Source: an uncultured Chryseobacterium sp.
Lineage (GTDB): Bacteria; Bacteroidota; Bacteroidia; Flavobacteriales_F; PHOS-HE28
Direction: 5' to 3'
Assembly: GCA_964418285.1 (NCBI GenBank)
Contig: CAYQMC010000001.1
Coordinates: forward strand, 1-52,191
DNA: 52,191 nucleotides
Part shown: piece by piece, positions 25,168-35,100 of the stretch
How the letters are laid out: the number at the start of each line of letters is the position of its first letter
How positions within the stretch are numbered: position 1 is the first letter of the stretch
Notes under the pieces: generated by a model
What the model saw: the letters and a program-made list of their open reading frames with translations, nothing else
The model's database searches: none
What the model was told of the DNA's origin: nothing
Translations under genes and position numbers: made by a program

Positions 25168-26508
25168 TCACGGCGCAGTGAACTTGTTCAGCAGGCCCTT
25201 GCCCTTCTTGAGGATGTCGTTGGGGCCGTTGGAGGTGGAGTTCGTGGTGGACGATCCGCTCGTGGTGTTGGGCGCTGTGGCTTGTTGCACCGCTTTCTGT
25301 GCCCCGGATGTCGGCTTGCAGAGCATGCCCGGCTCGTAGCTGTTGATGCGCGCGATATCATCCGGACTGGTCAGCATCCACACTTCCAGCGCGCTGATCT
25401 TGTAGGTCTCGCCGGTCTTCTGGCCGTTCTTCCAAGTGCCGCCACCTTTGGTGAGGGCCATGCGCGTGTGGGCGTCCTGCGTGGCGTTCCACCATTCCAT
25501 CATATCGGCTTGCTGATGCTTCACGCCGGGATCCGCGCAGTACTGTTGTGCATAGGTGCTTTTTCCTTTGAAAGCGTTGTTCACGGCCTTGTTCACCAGG
25601 TCCGCACCGCGCTCTGTCAAGCGGATCGTGCTTCCCTCCACGAAGTGGTGCGGCGCAAGCATGCGCATCAGGTAGGCCTCGAACTGTTCTGCCGTGCTTT
25701 CTCGAAGCAGCTTGTGTGTGTACATGAACACGTCCACGTCACGCGCGAACTCCGGGATGGTCACCTCGCCCAAGGCTGCCAAGGCTGCGGCAGCCTGCTC
25801 TTCTTCCACACGACTGCCGATGGTGGGCATGGCGCGGATCTCCTCCGAAGTGAAGGTGCGTTTGTTCTCCTCCTTCGTTTCCTTTTGCGTGGTGATGAGG
25901 TTGGGTTTCCATGGACCGCTTACTTCATCGCGGTAGAAGCGTGTTTCCTGGATCACGGTCTCGGTGGCCACCTCGGTGTTGCTCACGATCCGATCCCCGA
26001 CCACTTCGAACTGCATGCTGAAAGACAATGGTGAGTGCCACTCGGTCTTCGGTTCGTCGGCCACGCGGATGCTCTTCAGGTCCACCATGCTATTGTACCG
26101 GTACGAGCTGAGGAAGGCTTTGAGGTTCGCTTTCGCATGGGCCAGGATGTCCGCCTCCGAAGGTGTGGGGATGCCTTCGTAGGTGTTGTTGGTGGTCTTC
26201 CATTCCCGGTAGCTCGGCGGGTTGCCTGTGTGGTAGCGGGCGAACCCGGATACCACCACCTGCGCGTTGGGGTATTCCGCGATCCCGGCAGGTAACCAGA
26301 TGGTGGCACCTCGCTCCCAGAACCACTGCGTGTGCGCATCGCTCCATGACTTCTTGGTGGTTCCCTTGGAGAGTTCCACCTTGAGTTGCTTGGGACTGGC
26401 GATGTCCTTCAGTATCTGGGCATCACTGGGTTGTGCGAACGCAGCGATCGCCGTAAGGCTGATGGCCGCAACAAGGAGGGCAAGCCGGATACGCATCTTC
26501 GTGGACAT
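25168..26508 (-). CDS. Secreted protein of unknown function (446 aa)
   Basis: Signal peptide MSTKMRIRLALLVAAISLTAIAAFAQ, balanced K/E/N/T composition unlike the R/G/H-rich antisense ORF 24895..26034, and a Ser/Thr/Asn-rich C-terminal tail. No domain recognised. Confidence 0.75.
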   Translation of the reverse strand: MSTKMRIRLALLVAAISLTAIAAFAQPSDAQILKDIASPKQLKVELSKGTTKKSWSDAHTQWFWERGATIWLPAGIAEYPNAQVVVSGFARYHTGNPPSYREWKTTNNTYEGIPTPSEADILAHAKANLKAFLSSYRYNSMVDLKSIRVADEPKTEWHSPLSFSMQFEVVGDRIVSNTEVATETVIQETRFYRDEVSGPWKPNLITTQKETKEENKRTFTSEEIRAMPTIGSRVEEEQAAAALAALGEVTIPEFARDVDVFMYTHKLLRESTAEQFEAYLMRMLAPHHFVEGSTIRLTERGADLVNKAVNNAFKGKSTYAQQYCADPGVKHQQADMMEWWNATQDAHTRMALTKGGGTWKNGQKTGETYKISALEVWMLTSPDDIARINSYEPGMLCKPTSGAQKAVQQATAPNTTSGSSTTNSTSNGPNDILKKGKGLLNKFTAP

Positions 26509-26556
26509 TTGGGTTCACGAACTTGCGACGGATCCATGGTATAGTGCCGTCCCGAT

Positions 26557-26589
26557 CGGGTGAACGTCGGAATGGGTTGGGTGAACGGA
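26557..26589 (-). promoter_or_regulatory. Candidate LytTR-regulator operator: direct repeat with GGGTGAACG core x2, 21-bp period
   Basis: CGGGTGAACGTC lies at 26557..26568 and TGGGTGAACGGA at 26578..26589 (plus strand). The site abuts the stop codon of the LytTR regulator gene (26590) and ends 48 nt upstream of ATG 26508 of the secreted-protein gene. Confidence 0.55.
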
Positions 26590-27330
26590 TCAGAGCGTAC
26601 GGATCCGCGCCATCAGCGCCTCCTTGTACGTCTTCCCCACGGGGATCACCTGCGTGCCCATGCGCACACAGCCGTCCTCCACAGCGGTCACCTTGCGGAG
26701 GTCCACCACGTAGCTGCGGTGTATCCGCACGTGGTGCGGACTGTTCAACTTCTCTTCCACGGCTGCGAGGGTGCTGGTGATCACGTACTTCTTCGTCGGT
26801 GTGTGCAAGGTCACATAGTTGTCGTCCGCTTCCGCCAACCGGATCTCGGCCAGGGGCACTTTCACCAAGCGGCCTTTGTCGCGTACGAAGATGCTGTCGT
26901 CGATCACGAAATCGCTCCGTTGGGCGGTTTCGGGCTGGGTGCTCACGTCCAGCTTTCCGGCGGTGCGTGCAAGGGCCACTTCGATCTGTGTGTGCAGGTC
27001 GTTCTCATCGAAGGGTTTGATGATGAACCCGGCTGGCCGCACTTCCTTGACACGATCCAGGGTCGCCTTGTCCGCGTGGCTGGTCACGAAGATGAAGGGC
27101 GTGGGATGCTTCGCGTTGATGGTGGACGCCAGTTGGACGCCGTCGGCACCATCGCCCAGGTTGATGTCCAGGAGCAAGAGGTCCGGCTTATGCGTGATCA
27201 GTTCGGACATCGCATCCAAGGCGTTGTCGCATACGGCGCACACGGCGTAGCCGAGCTCGTCCAGATGGGCGCGCAGGTCCTCCGCGATAAGCGGTTCGTC
27301 CTCCACCACGATGATGCGTACCGCGTTCAT
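26590..27330 (-). CDS. LytR/AlgR-family response regulator (REC + LytTR DNA-binding domain)
   Basis: REC domain: IIVVEDEPLIAEDL...PDLLLLDINLGDG...FVTSH...GFIIKPF. LytTR domain: IFVRDKGRLVKVPLAEIRLAEADDNYVTLHT...FVRIHRSYVVDL. The start overlaps the kinase stop (ATGA). Confidence 0.9.
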   Translation of the reverse strand: MNAVRIIVVEDEPLIAEDLRAHLDELGYAVCAVCDNALDAMSELITHKPDLLLLDINLGDGADGVQLASTINAKHPTPFIFVTSHADKATLDRVKEVRPAGFIIKPFDENDLHTQIEVALARTAGKLDVSTQPETAQRSDFVIDDSIFVRDKGRLVKVPLAEIRLAEADDNYVTLHTPTKKYVITSTLAAVEEKLNSPHHVRIHRSYVVDLRKVTAVEDGCVRMGTQVIPVGKTYKEALMARIRTL

Positions 27331-29159
27331 TGGACCTTCTTGTACTTGCGGATGATGAGCCGGGCCAAGGTACCACCGTCCCGGATCACGCTGTGCTCGG
27401 CGCCCAACTTCGAGGAGAACGACCTGATCATGTTCAGCCCGAATCCGGTGCCCTCGGCATTGCGGGGTGCAGCCGGATCATAGCCGATGCCATCGTCGTG
27501 CACATCGAGTATCAGCACATCGGCGGGTCGCCCCTGCGGGTCAACGCCACTGTTGCCTTCCCCAGCGGTCTCGTACATGGCTATCGATAGCACTCCCTTC
27601 CTTCCGTCGGGCCACGCGTATTTCAGCGCGTTGGTGATCAGCTCGTTCAGGATCAAGCCCAGTGGGATCGCGGTGTCCACATCCAAGGTCATGGGTTGCA
27701 CCTCCATGTTCAGCGCAACGCGATCGGCCTGCACCTGGTGGCTGCTCATGAGGCTGCGCGCAAGCTTCTCCACATAACCTGGCATGCTGATCCCGGTGAG
27801 GTCATCCTCCTTGTACAGGTCCTGGTGGATCAGTGCCATGCTCTTCACACGGTCGCGTCCATCGCGCACGGCACCGCGCGCCTTCTCATCGGTGATACCA
27901 CGGCCTTGTATGCTCAACAAGCTGCTCACCACTTGCAGGTTGTTCTTCACGCGGTGGTGGATCTCGCGCAACAGCAGTTCCTTCTCCTTCAGTTGCTCCT
28001 CGATGATCGCGTTCTTCTTGGCCAGTTCTCCTTCGGCTTTGCGCTTCACACGGTACGCGCGGTAGGCGAACACAGCCGCCAAGAGCAGCAGGACCGCACC
28101 CACCACCACGGCCCGTATCGTGATCGCGCGTTGCTCCAGGGCGGCGGCGCGCTCGGCCAATAGCGCATCCTTCTTCCCGCTTTCGTATTTCTCGCGCACC
28201 TCGGCGATCTGTGCACTGCGTTCGGCATTGAGCAACGTGTCGTTCAAGGCCGTCATCTCCTTGTAGTGGATCAAGGCGGAATCCATGCGGCCGATCGCTT
28301 CGAAGTGCTCGCTCAAATGTCCTTCACCATCGGCCGCCACTTTCGACCCGCCGTTGGCGCGTGCGATGCGCACCCCTTCACGCAGGTGGATCAACGCACT
28401 GTCGCGAATGCCGTTCGCATCCATCATTCGGCCCAAGTTGATCAGCAGGCTTGCGCGGTTCAGCTCATCTTCGCCCACGGGATGCACCGCCAGTGCAGAG
28501 CGAATGGTGGCCAGGGCCAGCTCGGGGTCGCCTCGGTCCAAGTAGCACACGGCCAGGTTCATGCGCACCTGGGCGATGGATGACCGCTCACCGAGTTCGG
28601 TAAGCATGCGATCCGCCAATTCATAGTAGACCACTGCACTGTCCTTTTCACCCTCATAGAAGTGGATGTTGCCCAGGTTGTTGCCCACGTTGGCGATCCA
28701 TGCGGTATCCCCCAGCGCTTCGAATCCGTCCAGCGCAGTGCGGTATTCACGTGTGGCCTCCGCGAAACGGGAATCGTGCTCCAGTACGCTGCCCACGTTG
28801 TTGTGCGCCATGGCCGTGTACCAAGGGTCATCGCCCTGCTCGAAATGCGATAGGGCAGCTACGTAGTGTCGCAAGGCACCATCCTGTTCCCCCTTGGCGG
28901 AATAGCACATGCCGGTGTAATTGTGGCCTTTGCCGATCTCCAAGGCCACCCCGCTGGCCTCCGCTAGTTCCACATATTGCCTTGCGAAGAACAAACCGCT
29001 ATCCGGATCGCTGAATACCGTGGCACGCAACAGTGCAGTGAGCACCGGTAGTCGCGCGGTGTCGTTGGGCAAGCTGTTCAGCACGCGGAGCAGGCTGTCC
29101 AATTGGGCTTCACTGGACAGCGAAGCCGAGCAGGCAAGAACGATCAGGAGCCAACGCAT
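27327..29159 (-). CDS. Sensor histidine kinase: signal peptide, extracytoplasmic TPR repeats, one TM, HisKA_2 + HATPase_c
   Basis: MRWLLIVLACSASLSSEAQ, multiple TPR-like repeats, TM segment AVVVGAVLLLLAAVFAYRAY, H-box EIHHRVKNNLQVVSSLLSIQ, N-box LNELITNALKYAW and G-box DDGIGY...GFGL. Confidence 0.9.
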   Translation of the reverse strand: MRWLLIVLACSASLSSEAQLDSLLRVLNSLPNDTARLPVLTALLRATVFSDPDSGLFFARQYVELAEASGVALEIGKGHNYTGMCYSAKGEQDGALRHYVAALSHFEQGDDPWYTAMAHNNVGSVLEHDSRFAEATREYRTALDGFEALGDTAWIANVGNNLGNIHFYEGEKDSAVVYYELADRMLTELGERSSIAQVRMNLAVCYLDRGDPELALATIRSALAVHPVGEDELNRASLLINLGRMMDANGIRDSALIHLREGVRIARANGGSKVAADGEGHLSEHFEAIGRMDSALIHYKEMTALNDTLLNAERSAQIAEVREKYESGKKDALLAERAAALEQRAITIRAVVVGAVLLLLAAVFAYRAYRVKRKAEGELAKKNAIIEEQLKEKELLLREIHHRVKNNLQVVSSLLSIQGRGITDEKARGAVRDGRDRVKSMALIHQDLYKEDDLTGISMPGYVEKLARSLMSSHQVQADRVALNMEVQPMTLDVDTAIPLGLILNELITNALKYAWPDGRKGVLSIAMYETAGEGNSGVDPQGRPADVLILDVHDDGIGYDPAAPRNAEGTGFGLNMIRSFSSKLGAEHSVIRDGGTLARLIIRKYKKVQ

Positions 29160-29181
29160 GCCGCAAGGTGCGGAAGTTCGA

Positions 29182-30168
29182 TCAGAACTGCGGTCTTTCC
29201 GGCTCGTTGTCCAGCACCTTGGCGATGCGCGCCAGCACTTCAGGGGTGAGCAGGTCCTGCGCCTCGCTCGCCTTGAGGTTCTCCTTGAGCTGCGCCTCCT
29301 TGCTGGCGCCCAGGATCACGGTGCTCACATTGGGGTTCTTCAGGCACCAGGCAAGGGCCATCACCGGCAGCGAGAGCCCAAGACCATCAGCGATCTTGTT
29401 CAGCTTCTCCACGGTCTTCAAGCGGGCGGGTGTGAGCTCGCGTTCGCGCAACCAGTCGAGTCCTGCCATGGTAAGGCGCGTGCCTTTCGCGGCCTTGATG
29501 TCGCGGTGCTTGCCGGTGAGAATGCCACTGGCCAGAGGGCTCCAGATCGTGGTGCCCAGGCCTACGGTCTTGTACACCTGGTCGAACTCCACCTCCACCT
29601 TGTCGCGGTGGAACATGTTGTATTGCGGCTGTTCCATGACGGGGGCGATCAGGTGGTGTTGATTCGCCACCATATGTGCTTCCATGATCTCCTGCGCGCT
29701 CCATTCACTGGTGCCCCAGTAGAGGATCTTGCCGCTCATGATCAGCTGGTGCATCGTCCACACGGTTTCGGCAATGGGCGTATTCTTGTCCGGGCGGTGG
29801 CAGAAGTAGAGGTCGAGATAGTCCACTTGCAGCCGCTGCAGCGCGGCGTTGCACGCCTCCACCAAGTGCTTGCGGTGCAGACCCACCTGGGTCGGCAATT
29901 TGCCGCCGGTGCCGAAGAAGGCCTTGCTGCTCACGATCCAGGTGTCGCGCGACCACTTGGTCTTCTTCAGGATCTTCCCCATCACCTTCTCGCTCTCGCC
30001 ACGAGCGTATATCTCGGCGTTGTCGAAGAAGTTGACCCCGTTGTCATAGGCGGTCTTCATCAGCTTCTCAGCAGTAGCATCGCTGATCTGTTTGCCGAAG
30101 GTGAGCCAGCTGCCCAGGGAGAGTTCTGAGACTTGAAGACCGGAGGTGCCGAGGCGACGGTAGCGCAT
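29182..30168 (-). CDS. Aldo/keto reductase, Kv-channel beta-subunit-like (AKR6-like)
   Basis: Internal ATG at 30168 gives MRYRRLGTSGLQVSELSLGSWLTFGKQISDATAEKLMKTAYDNGVNFFDNAEIYARGESEKVMGKILKK, which closely parallels Kv-beta/AKR N-termini. Confidence 0.9.
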   Translation of the reverse strand: MRYRRLGTSGLQVSELSLGSWLTFGKQISDATAEKLMKTAYDNGVNFFDNAEIYARGESEKVMGKILKKTKWSRDTWIVSSKAFFGTGGKLPTQVGLHRKHLVEACNAALQRLQVDYLDLYFCHRPDKNTPIAETVWTMHQLIMSGKILYWGTSEWSAQEIMEAHMVANQHHLIAPVMEQPQYNMFHRDKVEVEFDQVYKTVGLGTTIWSPLASGILTGKHRDIKAAKGTRLTMAGLDWLRERELTPARLKTVEKLNKIADGLGLSLPVMALAWCLKNPNVSTVILGASKEAQLKENLKASEAQDLLTPEVLARIAKVLDNEPERPQF

Positions 30169-30314
30169 GGTGGTGGAGTTGAAGGGTATGGTTTGCCGAT
30201 GCGGACGTTGATGGAACAAAGGTCGGGGCTTAAGGTGGGCCGTTGGCAATTGAAGGAGGGGTCCTTGCGCATATGTGCTTTCCGGATATCTTTCACCACC
30301 ACGATACACCTCCC

Positions 30315-32090
30315 ATGACCCCATCCTTACCCGCGCGATACCTCGTTATCGCTTTGTTGTGCGTCAGTGTGCGTTCCCTCGCCCAGTGCCCCAATTGTGT
30401 GGCCGAGGTCACCTGTACGGCTTCTCCGGCGTACCCCACGTTATGTCCCGCCCAGCCACCTGATGCCACTGCCGGCGAGTTCTACGAGTCGGACATCACG
30501 TTCTGGTTGCCCACCCAGTTCACCGATCCGGGCACCGGCTTCGATGTCACCTTCCAGCAGATGACCATCACCAGCGTTACAGGGCTGCCCTTCGGACTCA
30601 CCTTGGAAACGAGTTCGCCGGATGGCATCTATTTCCCACAGCAAAGCCAGTATGGCTGCGGCCGCATCTGCGGCACGCCCGTTGGCCCTGGCACGTTCGA
30701 TATCACCATCAGTATCATCGCTGGTGTCACCTTTTCGGGCATCGATATCGATGCGCCTGAGCAGTTCACCATACCGCTGGTCGTGCTACCGGGCAGCGGT
30801 GGCAACAGCAGTTTCACCTTTGGTCCCACCTCCGGCTGCGGCAGCGTGGAGGTCGCTTTCGAGGCACTTATCGATGCCACCCCTTCGCCCATGAGCTACG
30901 ACTGGGACTTCGGCAACGGTGTTTCAAGCACGGAGCAGGACCCTATTGTCACCTTCGATGAGCCCGGATCCTACACGGTCGAACTGGAGACCACGATACT
31001 GGGTTATGTGCTCGATGCGGTCAACGTGAACGGGTTGAACGGAAACTGGTGTGGCGATGTGGAAGAGGCCTTCTGCAACTGCGGAACCCCGATCATCGGC
31101 ACCTGTCCGGATCTCTACTTTGTGCTAAGCAATGCCAATGGCCCCGTGTACACCAGTCCTACGAACGGCGGGGGCACCAGTACGTCATGGTCGGGCCTGG
31201 GGATCGCGTTGCAGGATCCTCCTTATGCGATAACCGTGTGGGACGAGGATCCTGTGAGCCAGGACGACAACCTCGGCACCTACGCTATCGTTCTTGATCC
31301 AGGTGCCACGTATGGGTTCAATGTGGCCGGTGGAACCAACGGTGTGCTGACCATCGACCTGGTAGCCCTGCAGACGTTCAACGACACCGATGTGGTCGAG
31401 GTGTTCGACCTGCCGGAGGTTGTCGTGGAAGCGCAGCCCAATGGCCAACTCTGCGTGGCCGATACTGCCCTGGTGGCCTACACCTGGTTCCTCGATGGCG
31501 ATACCGTGCCGGATGCTTTCGGACCTTGTGTCGTCCCCACAGGCCCCGGCTTGTGGTGGGTGGTGGCCACCAACGGGTTCGGTTGCACGACCCAGAGCGA
31601 TACGCTCGTTGTTTGCCCTCAGGTGGCAGTGGTCCAGACCGGGGCGGTCCTCTCGGTTCCTGCAGGATTCAACAACTATGTGTGGAGCTATGGCGGTATT
31701 GCACTGCCCAATGGCAATGGACCGGCCATAACCGCTGGTGCCGATGGCCTCTACACCGTAGTGGTGCAAGCCGAGAACGACTGTGAGATCACGGCAACCT
31801 ACATGTACAGCACGGTCGGTATCGCCGAGCTGGAAGCTGCAGGAGGTGGGATCCTGGTCTACCCCGTTCCCAACGATGGTGTGTTCACCGTGGAGGCCGC
31901 CGGGCTTACCGGCGCCAGCGCAGGCCTGCGCATTTCCGATATGAGCGGGCGTATCGTGTACGAGTCCCGGGAACGGATCGCCTTGGGCCGCTTGCGTGCA
32001 GCGCTGATGCTCGATACGGCCCCAGGACCGTATGTGGTCCAGGTATGGGACGAAACACGGAGCTTCACCCAGCGGATCATGGTGCGGTAG
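30315..32090 (+). CDS. T9SS-secreted protein with PKD domain and type-A CTD
   Basis: Internal ATG at 30315 gives MTPSLPARYLVIALLCVSVRSLAQ. The PKD-like segment is YDWDFGNGVSSTEQDPIVTFDEPGSYTVELETT. The CTD is VYPVPNDGVFTVEAAGL...LRISDMSGRIVYES...GPYVVQVWDETRSFTQRIMVR. Confidence 0.8.
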   Translation: MTPSLPARYLVIALLCVSVRSLAQCPNCVAEVTCTASPAYPTLCPAQPPDATAGEFYESDITFWLPTQFTDPGTGFDVTFQQMTITSVTGLPFGLTLETSSPDGIYFPQQSQYGCGRICGTPVGPGTFDITISIIAGVTFSGIDIDAPEQFTIPLVVLPGSGGNSSFTFGPTSGCGSVEVAFEALIDATPSPMSYDWDFGNGVSSTEQDPIVTFDEPGSYTVELETTILGYVLDAVNVNGLNGNWCGDVEEAFCNCGTPIIGTCPDLYFVLSNANGPVYTSPTNGGGTSTSWSGLGIALQDPPYAITVWDEDPVSQDDNLGTYAIVLDPGATYGFNVAGGTNGVLTIDLVALQTFNDTDVVEVFDLPEVVVEAQPNGQLCVADTALVAYTWFLDGDTVPDAFGPCVVPTGPGLWWVVATNGFGCTTQSDTLVVCPQVAVVQTGAVLSVPAGFNNYVWSYGGIALPNGNGPAITAGADGLYTVVVQAENDCEITATYMYSTVGIAELEAAGGGILVYPVPNDGVFTVEAAGLTGASAGLRISDMSGRIVYESRERIALGRLRAALMLDTAPGPYVVQVWDETRSFTQRIMVR

Positions 32091-32138
32091 GTCATGAAGA
32101 GGCATCCCGTAATGCAACGCATGCGGCCGCGACTGCCG

Positions 32139-32146
32139 TAGCTTTG
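32139..32146 (+). promoter_or_regulatory. Candidate -7 promoter box (TAGCTTTG)
   Basis: Exact TAnnTTTG match 49 nt upstream of ATG 32196. Confidence 0.3.
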
Positions 32147-32195
32147 TTCGTGCAACAAGCCCCCGGCACGGGCGTTGCTGTTCCCAGATCCTACC

Positions 32196-35100
32196 ATGCG
32201 CTCCGACTACGACCTTCTGATCTCCAAGCTGGACGCCTTCATCCGGAAGTACTACAAGGACCGGCTGATCCGGGGTGCGCTGTATAGCATAGGCCTGCTG
32301 GTGGCGGTGTTCCTTGCGGTCTCACTACTGGAACACCTTGGTCGCTTTGGGATACTGGCCCGCACCTTGCTTTTTTGGGGTGCCTTGGCAGCCATGGCAA
32401 TGGTGATCGTTCGTTTCGTGGCGATCCCCCTGGTCAAACTGTTCCGCTTGGGTTCCCTCATCAGCCACGAAGAGGCTGCACGCATCGTGGGCACCCACTT
32501 CACCGAAGTGCGGGATAAACTGCTGAACACCCTGCAGTTGCGGGGAATGGCCCAGGACACGCCGGAGCAACGCGATCTGATCGAAGCGGCCATTGCCCAG
32601 CGGAGCAGGGAGTTGGGGCCTGTGCCCTTCACCAACGCCATCGATCTTGGTCGCAACACCCGTTACCTGCGTTATGCCCTGCCACCTTTGGCCGTGTTGC
32701 TCATACTGCTCTTCGCAGCCCCAAGCCTGATCACCGGTCCCACACAGCGCCTCATCCGCCATGGTAGTGAGTTCATCCCCGAAGCTCCGTTCCGTTTTGT
32801 GCTTGTGAACGAGGAACTCACCGTGCCTGAGCAGCAGGATATCGAGGTGGTGGTGGAGCTTACCGGCGATGTGGTGCCCCAGCAGGTGGAGTTGGAAGTG
32901 GCTGGACAGCGCATTCCCCTTGTCAAGAAGGATGCCCGGCGATTCGCTCATCGATTCCGAAACGTGCAAAAGGATATCAGCTTCCACTTCACTGCAGAAG
33001 GCTTCCGCAGCGAGGACCACGAATTGCGTGTGGTGCCACACCCCATGCTGCTTGATTTCAGGCTTGCGTTGGACTTCCCCGATTACTTGGGAATGCCGGA
33101 TGAGACCATCGACAATTCGGGCGACGTCACCGTGCCGGCAGGAACGCGGATCACATGGGACCTCAATGCGCGCAGTAGCGATCGCCTCGACCTGGTGTTC
33201 GATGACACCACCCTGGTGCTGGAACCTGCGGCCAGGACCACCGGTGGCCAGTTGTTCCGGAGCACGCGTCGTTTCATGGCCGGCCACAGCTACCGCATGA
33301 CGGCCCGCAATGGTGAACGCGTGGCCGACGATGCCTTGCAGTATCGGGTGGAAGTGGTGCCGGACCTGTACCCCACCATCCAGGTCGAGACCCGTGCCGA
33401 TAGCACGGCCCCCAAGCGCCTGTTCTACCGGGGCGATATCGGTGATGACCACGGGTTCAAGCGCCTGCTGTTCCACTACCGCTTCGTGCAGGGTGGCGAT
33501 AGTGTGCCGCCGGAACTGCGCAGCGGAGCCAAGGAACTGCGGATCGCTCCGCGCGAAACGCGCCAGGAGTTCTTCCACAGTTGGGAGTTGTACGGACTTA
33601 CCGTGCTGCCCGGGGACCGCATAGAGCATTGGTTCGAAGTGTGGGACAACGATGGCGTCAATGGAAGTAAGAGCACACGCAGCGCCACCCAGGTATTTTC
33701 CGCACCCACCCTCAAGGAACTCGCTGATCAGCAGGACATGGATAGCGACGCGCTCAAGAGCGCCATGGAGGAAAGCATCCGCGAGGCGCGCGACATACAG
33801 CGTGAATTGGACAAGCTGCGGCGGGAACTCCTCGAGAAGAAGGAGCTCAACTGGCAGGACCAGCAGAAGCTGGAGAGTGTGATGGAGCGTCAGCAGGAAC
33901 TGCAGAAGAACATCGAACGCAGTACCGAGCAGTTGCGCCAGACCCAACAGCAACAGCGGGAGTTCAGACAGATGGATGAACGGCTTCTGGAGAAGCAGCA
34001 GCAGGTGCAGGAGCTCTTCGAGAACATCCTGAACGAGGAAATGAAGGAACTCTATCGGCAGATGGAGGAGCTCATGGAAAAGCTGGACAAGGACCTGTTG
34101 CAGGAACAGCTCGAGGACATGAAACTGGACCAGGAGGATGTGGAAAAGGAGCTGGACCGCGCCCTGGAAATGTTCAAGCGCATGGAGGTGGAGCAGAAGG
34201 CCGAGGACATCGCCAAGCAGTTGGAGGACCTGGCGCGTGAACAAGAGAAGTTGAGCGAGGAGAGCAAGAAGGGTGATACCCCGACCGAGGAACTAAAGGA
34301 AAAGCAGGAGGAATTGAACAAGGCCTTCGAAGAGTTGCGCAAGGACATGGACGACCTGGAGGAAAAGAACGAAGCACTGGAGCAGCCCATGGACCTGCCC
34401 GAAACCGAGAGTGCCGAGGACGAGATCCAGAAGGACCAGGAGCAGAGCAGTGAGCAACTGGACAAGAAGCAGAACCAGAAGGCCTCGGACAAGCAGAAGA
34501 GTGCTGCCGAGAAGATGGAACAGCTCGCCTTCCAAATGCAAAGTGCGATGGCGAACAATGCCGAAGAGCAGCAAGAGGAGGATATGGATGCGCTGCGGCA
34601 GCTGTTGGAGAACATCGTCCACTTGAGCTTTGAGCAGGAGGGCCTGATGGACCAAGTGACCACCACCAACATCCGCGATCCACGCTTCATAGAACATGGC
34701 CGTACCCAGCGCAAATTGCGCGACGATGCCAAAGTGATCGAGGATTCGCTCTTCGCACTGAGCAAGCGCGTACCCCAATTGGAAAGCATCGTGAACCGCG
34801 AGATGAACGCTGTGAACGCCAACATGGACGATGCCACCAACTACATGGGCGAAGCACGCGCCAACGAGCGTTTCCGTCCCATGGCAGCCGACAAGCAACA
34901 GTACGCCATGACCTCCTTGAACAACCTTGCCCTGCTTCTGGATGAAGCGCTGCAGCAGATGATGCAACAAATGCAGCAGCAGGGCAATGGCAGTTGCGAC
35001 AAACCGGGGAAACCGGGCAAACCCGGCCAGGGCAAGGCGGGCATGTCCAAGATGAAGGCCCAGCAGGAAGCACTCCAGAAGCAGTTGGAGGAAATGCGGA

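Noticed and set aside
24895-26034. 379-aa plus-strand ORF
   Set aside because: Antisense to the 446-aa secreted-protein gene. The plus-strand frame is R/G/H/V-rich with no start context, whereas the minus frame has a signal peptide and normal composition.
28921-30129. 402-aa plus-strand ORF; the same reasoning applies to 39595..40953 (+), 46832..47881 (-), 48433..49476 (-), 19960..21036 (-), 17759..18883 (-), 10687..11529 (+) and 21767..22669 (+)
   Set aside because: Each is antisense to a gene with strong family signatures (kinase/AKR, FG-GAP, aminotransferase, M43 protease, fructosamine kinase, PPK1, PurD, beta-helix protein). All are typical GC-rich shadow ORFs.
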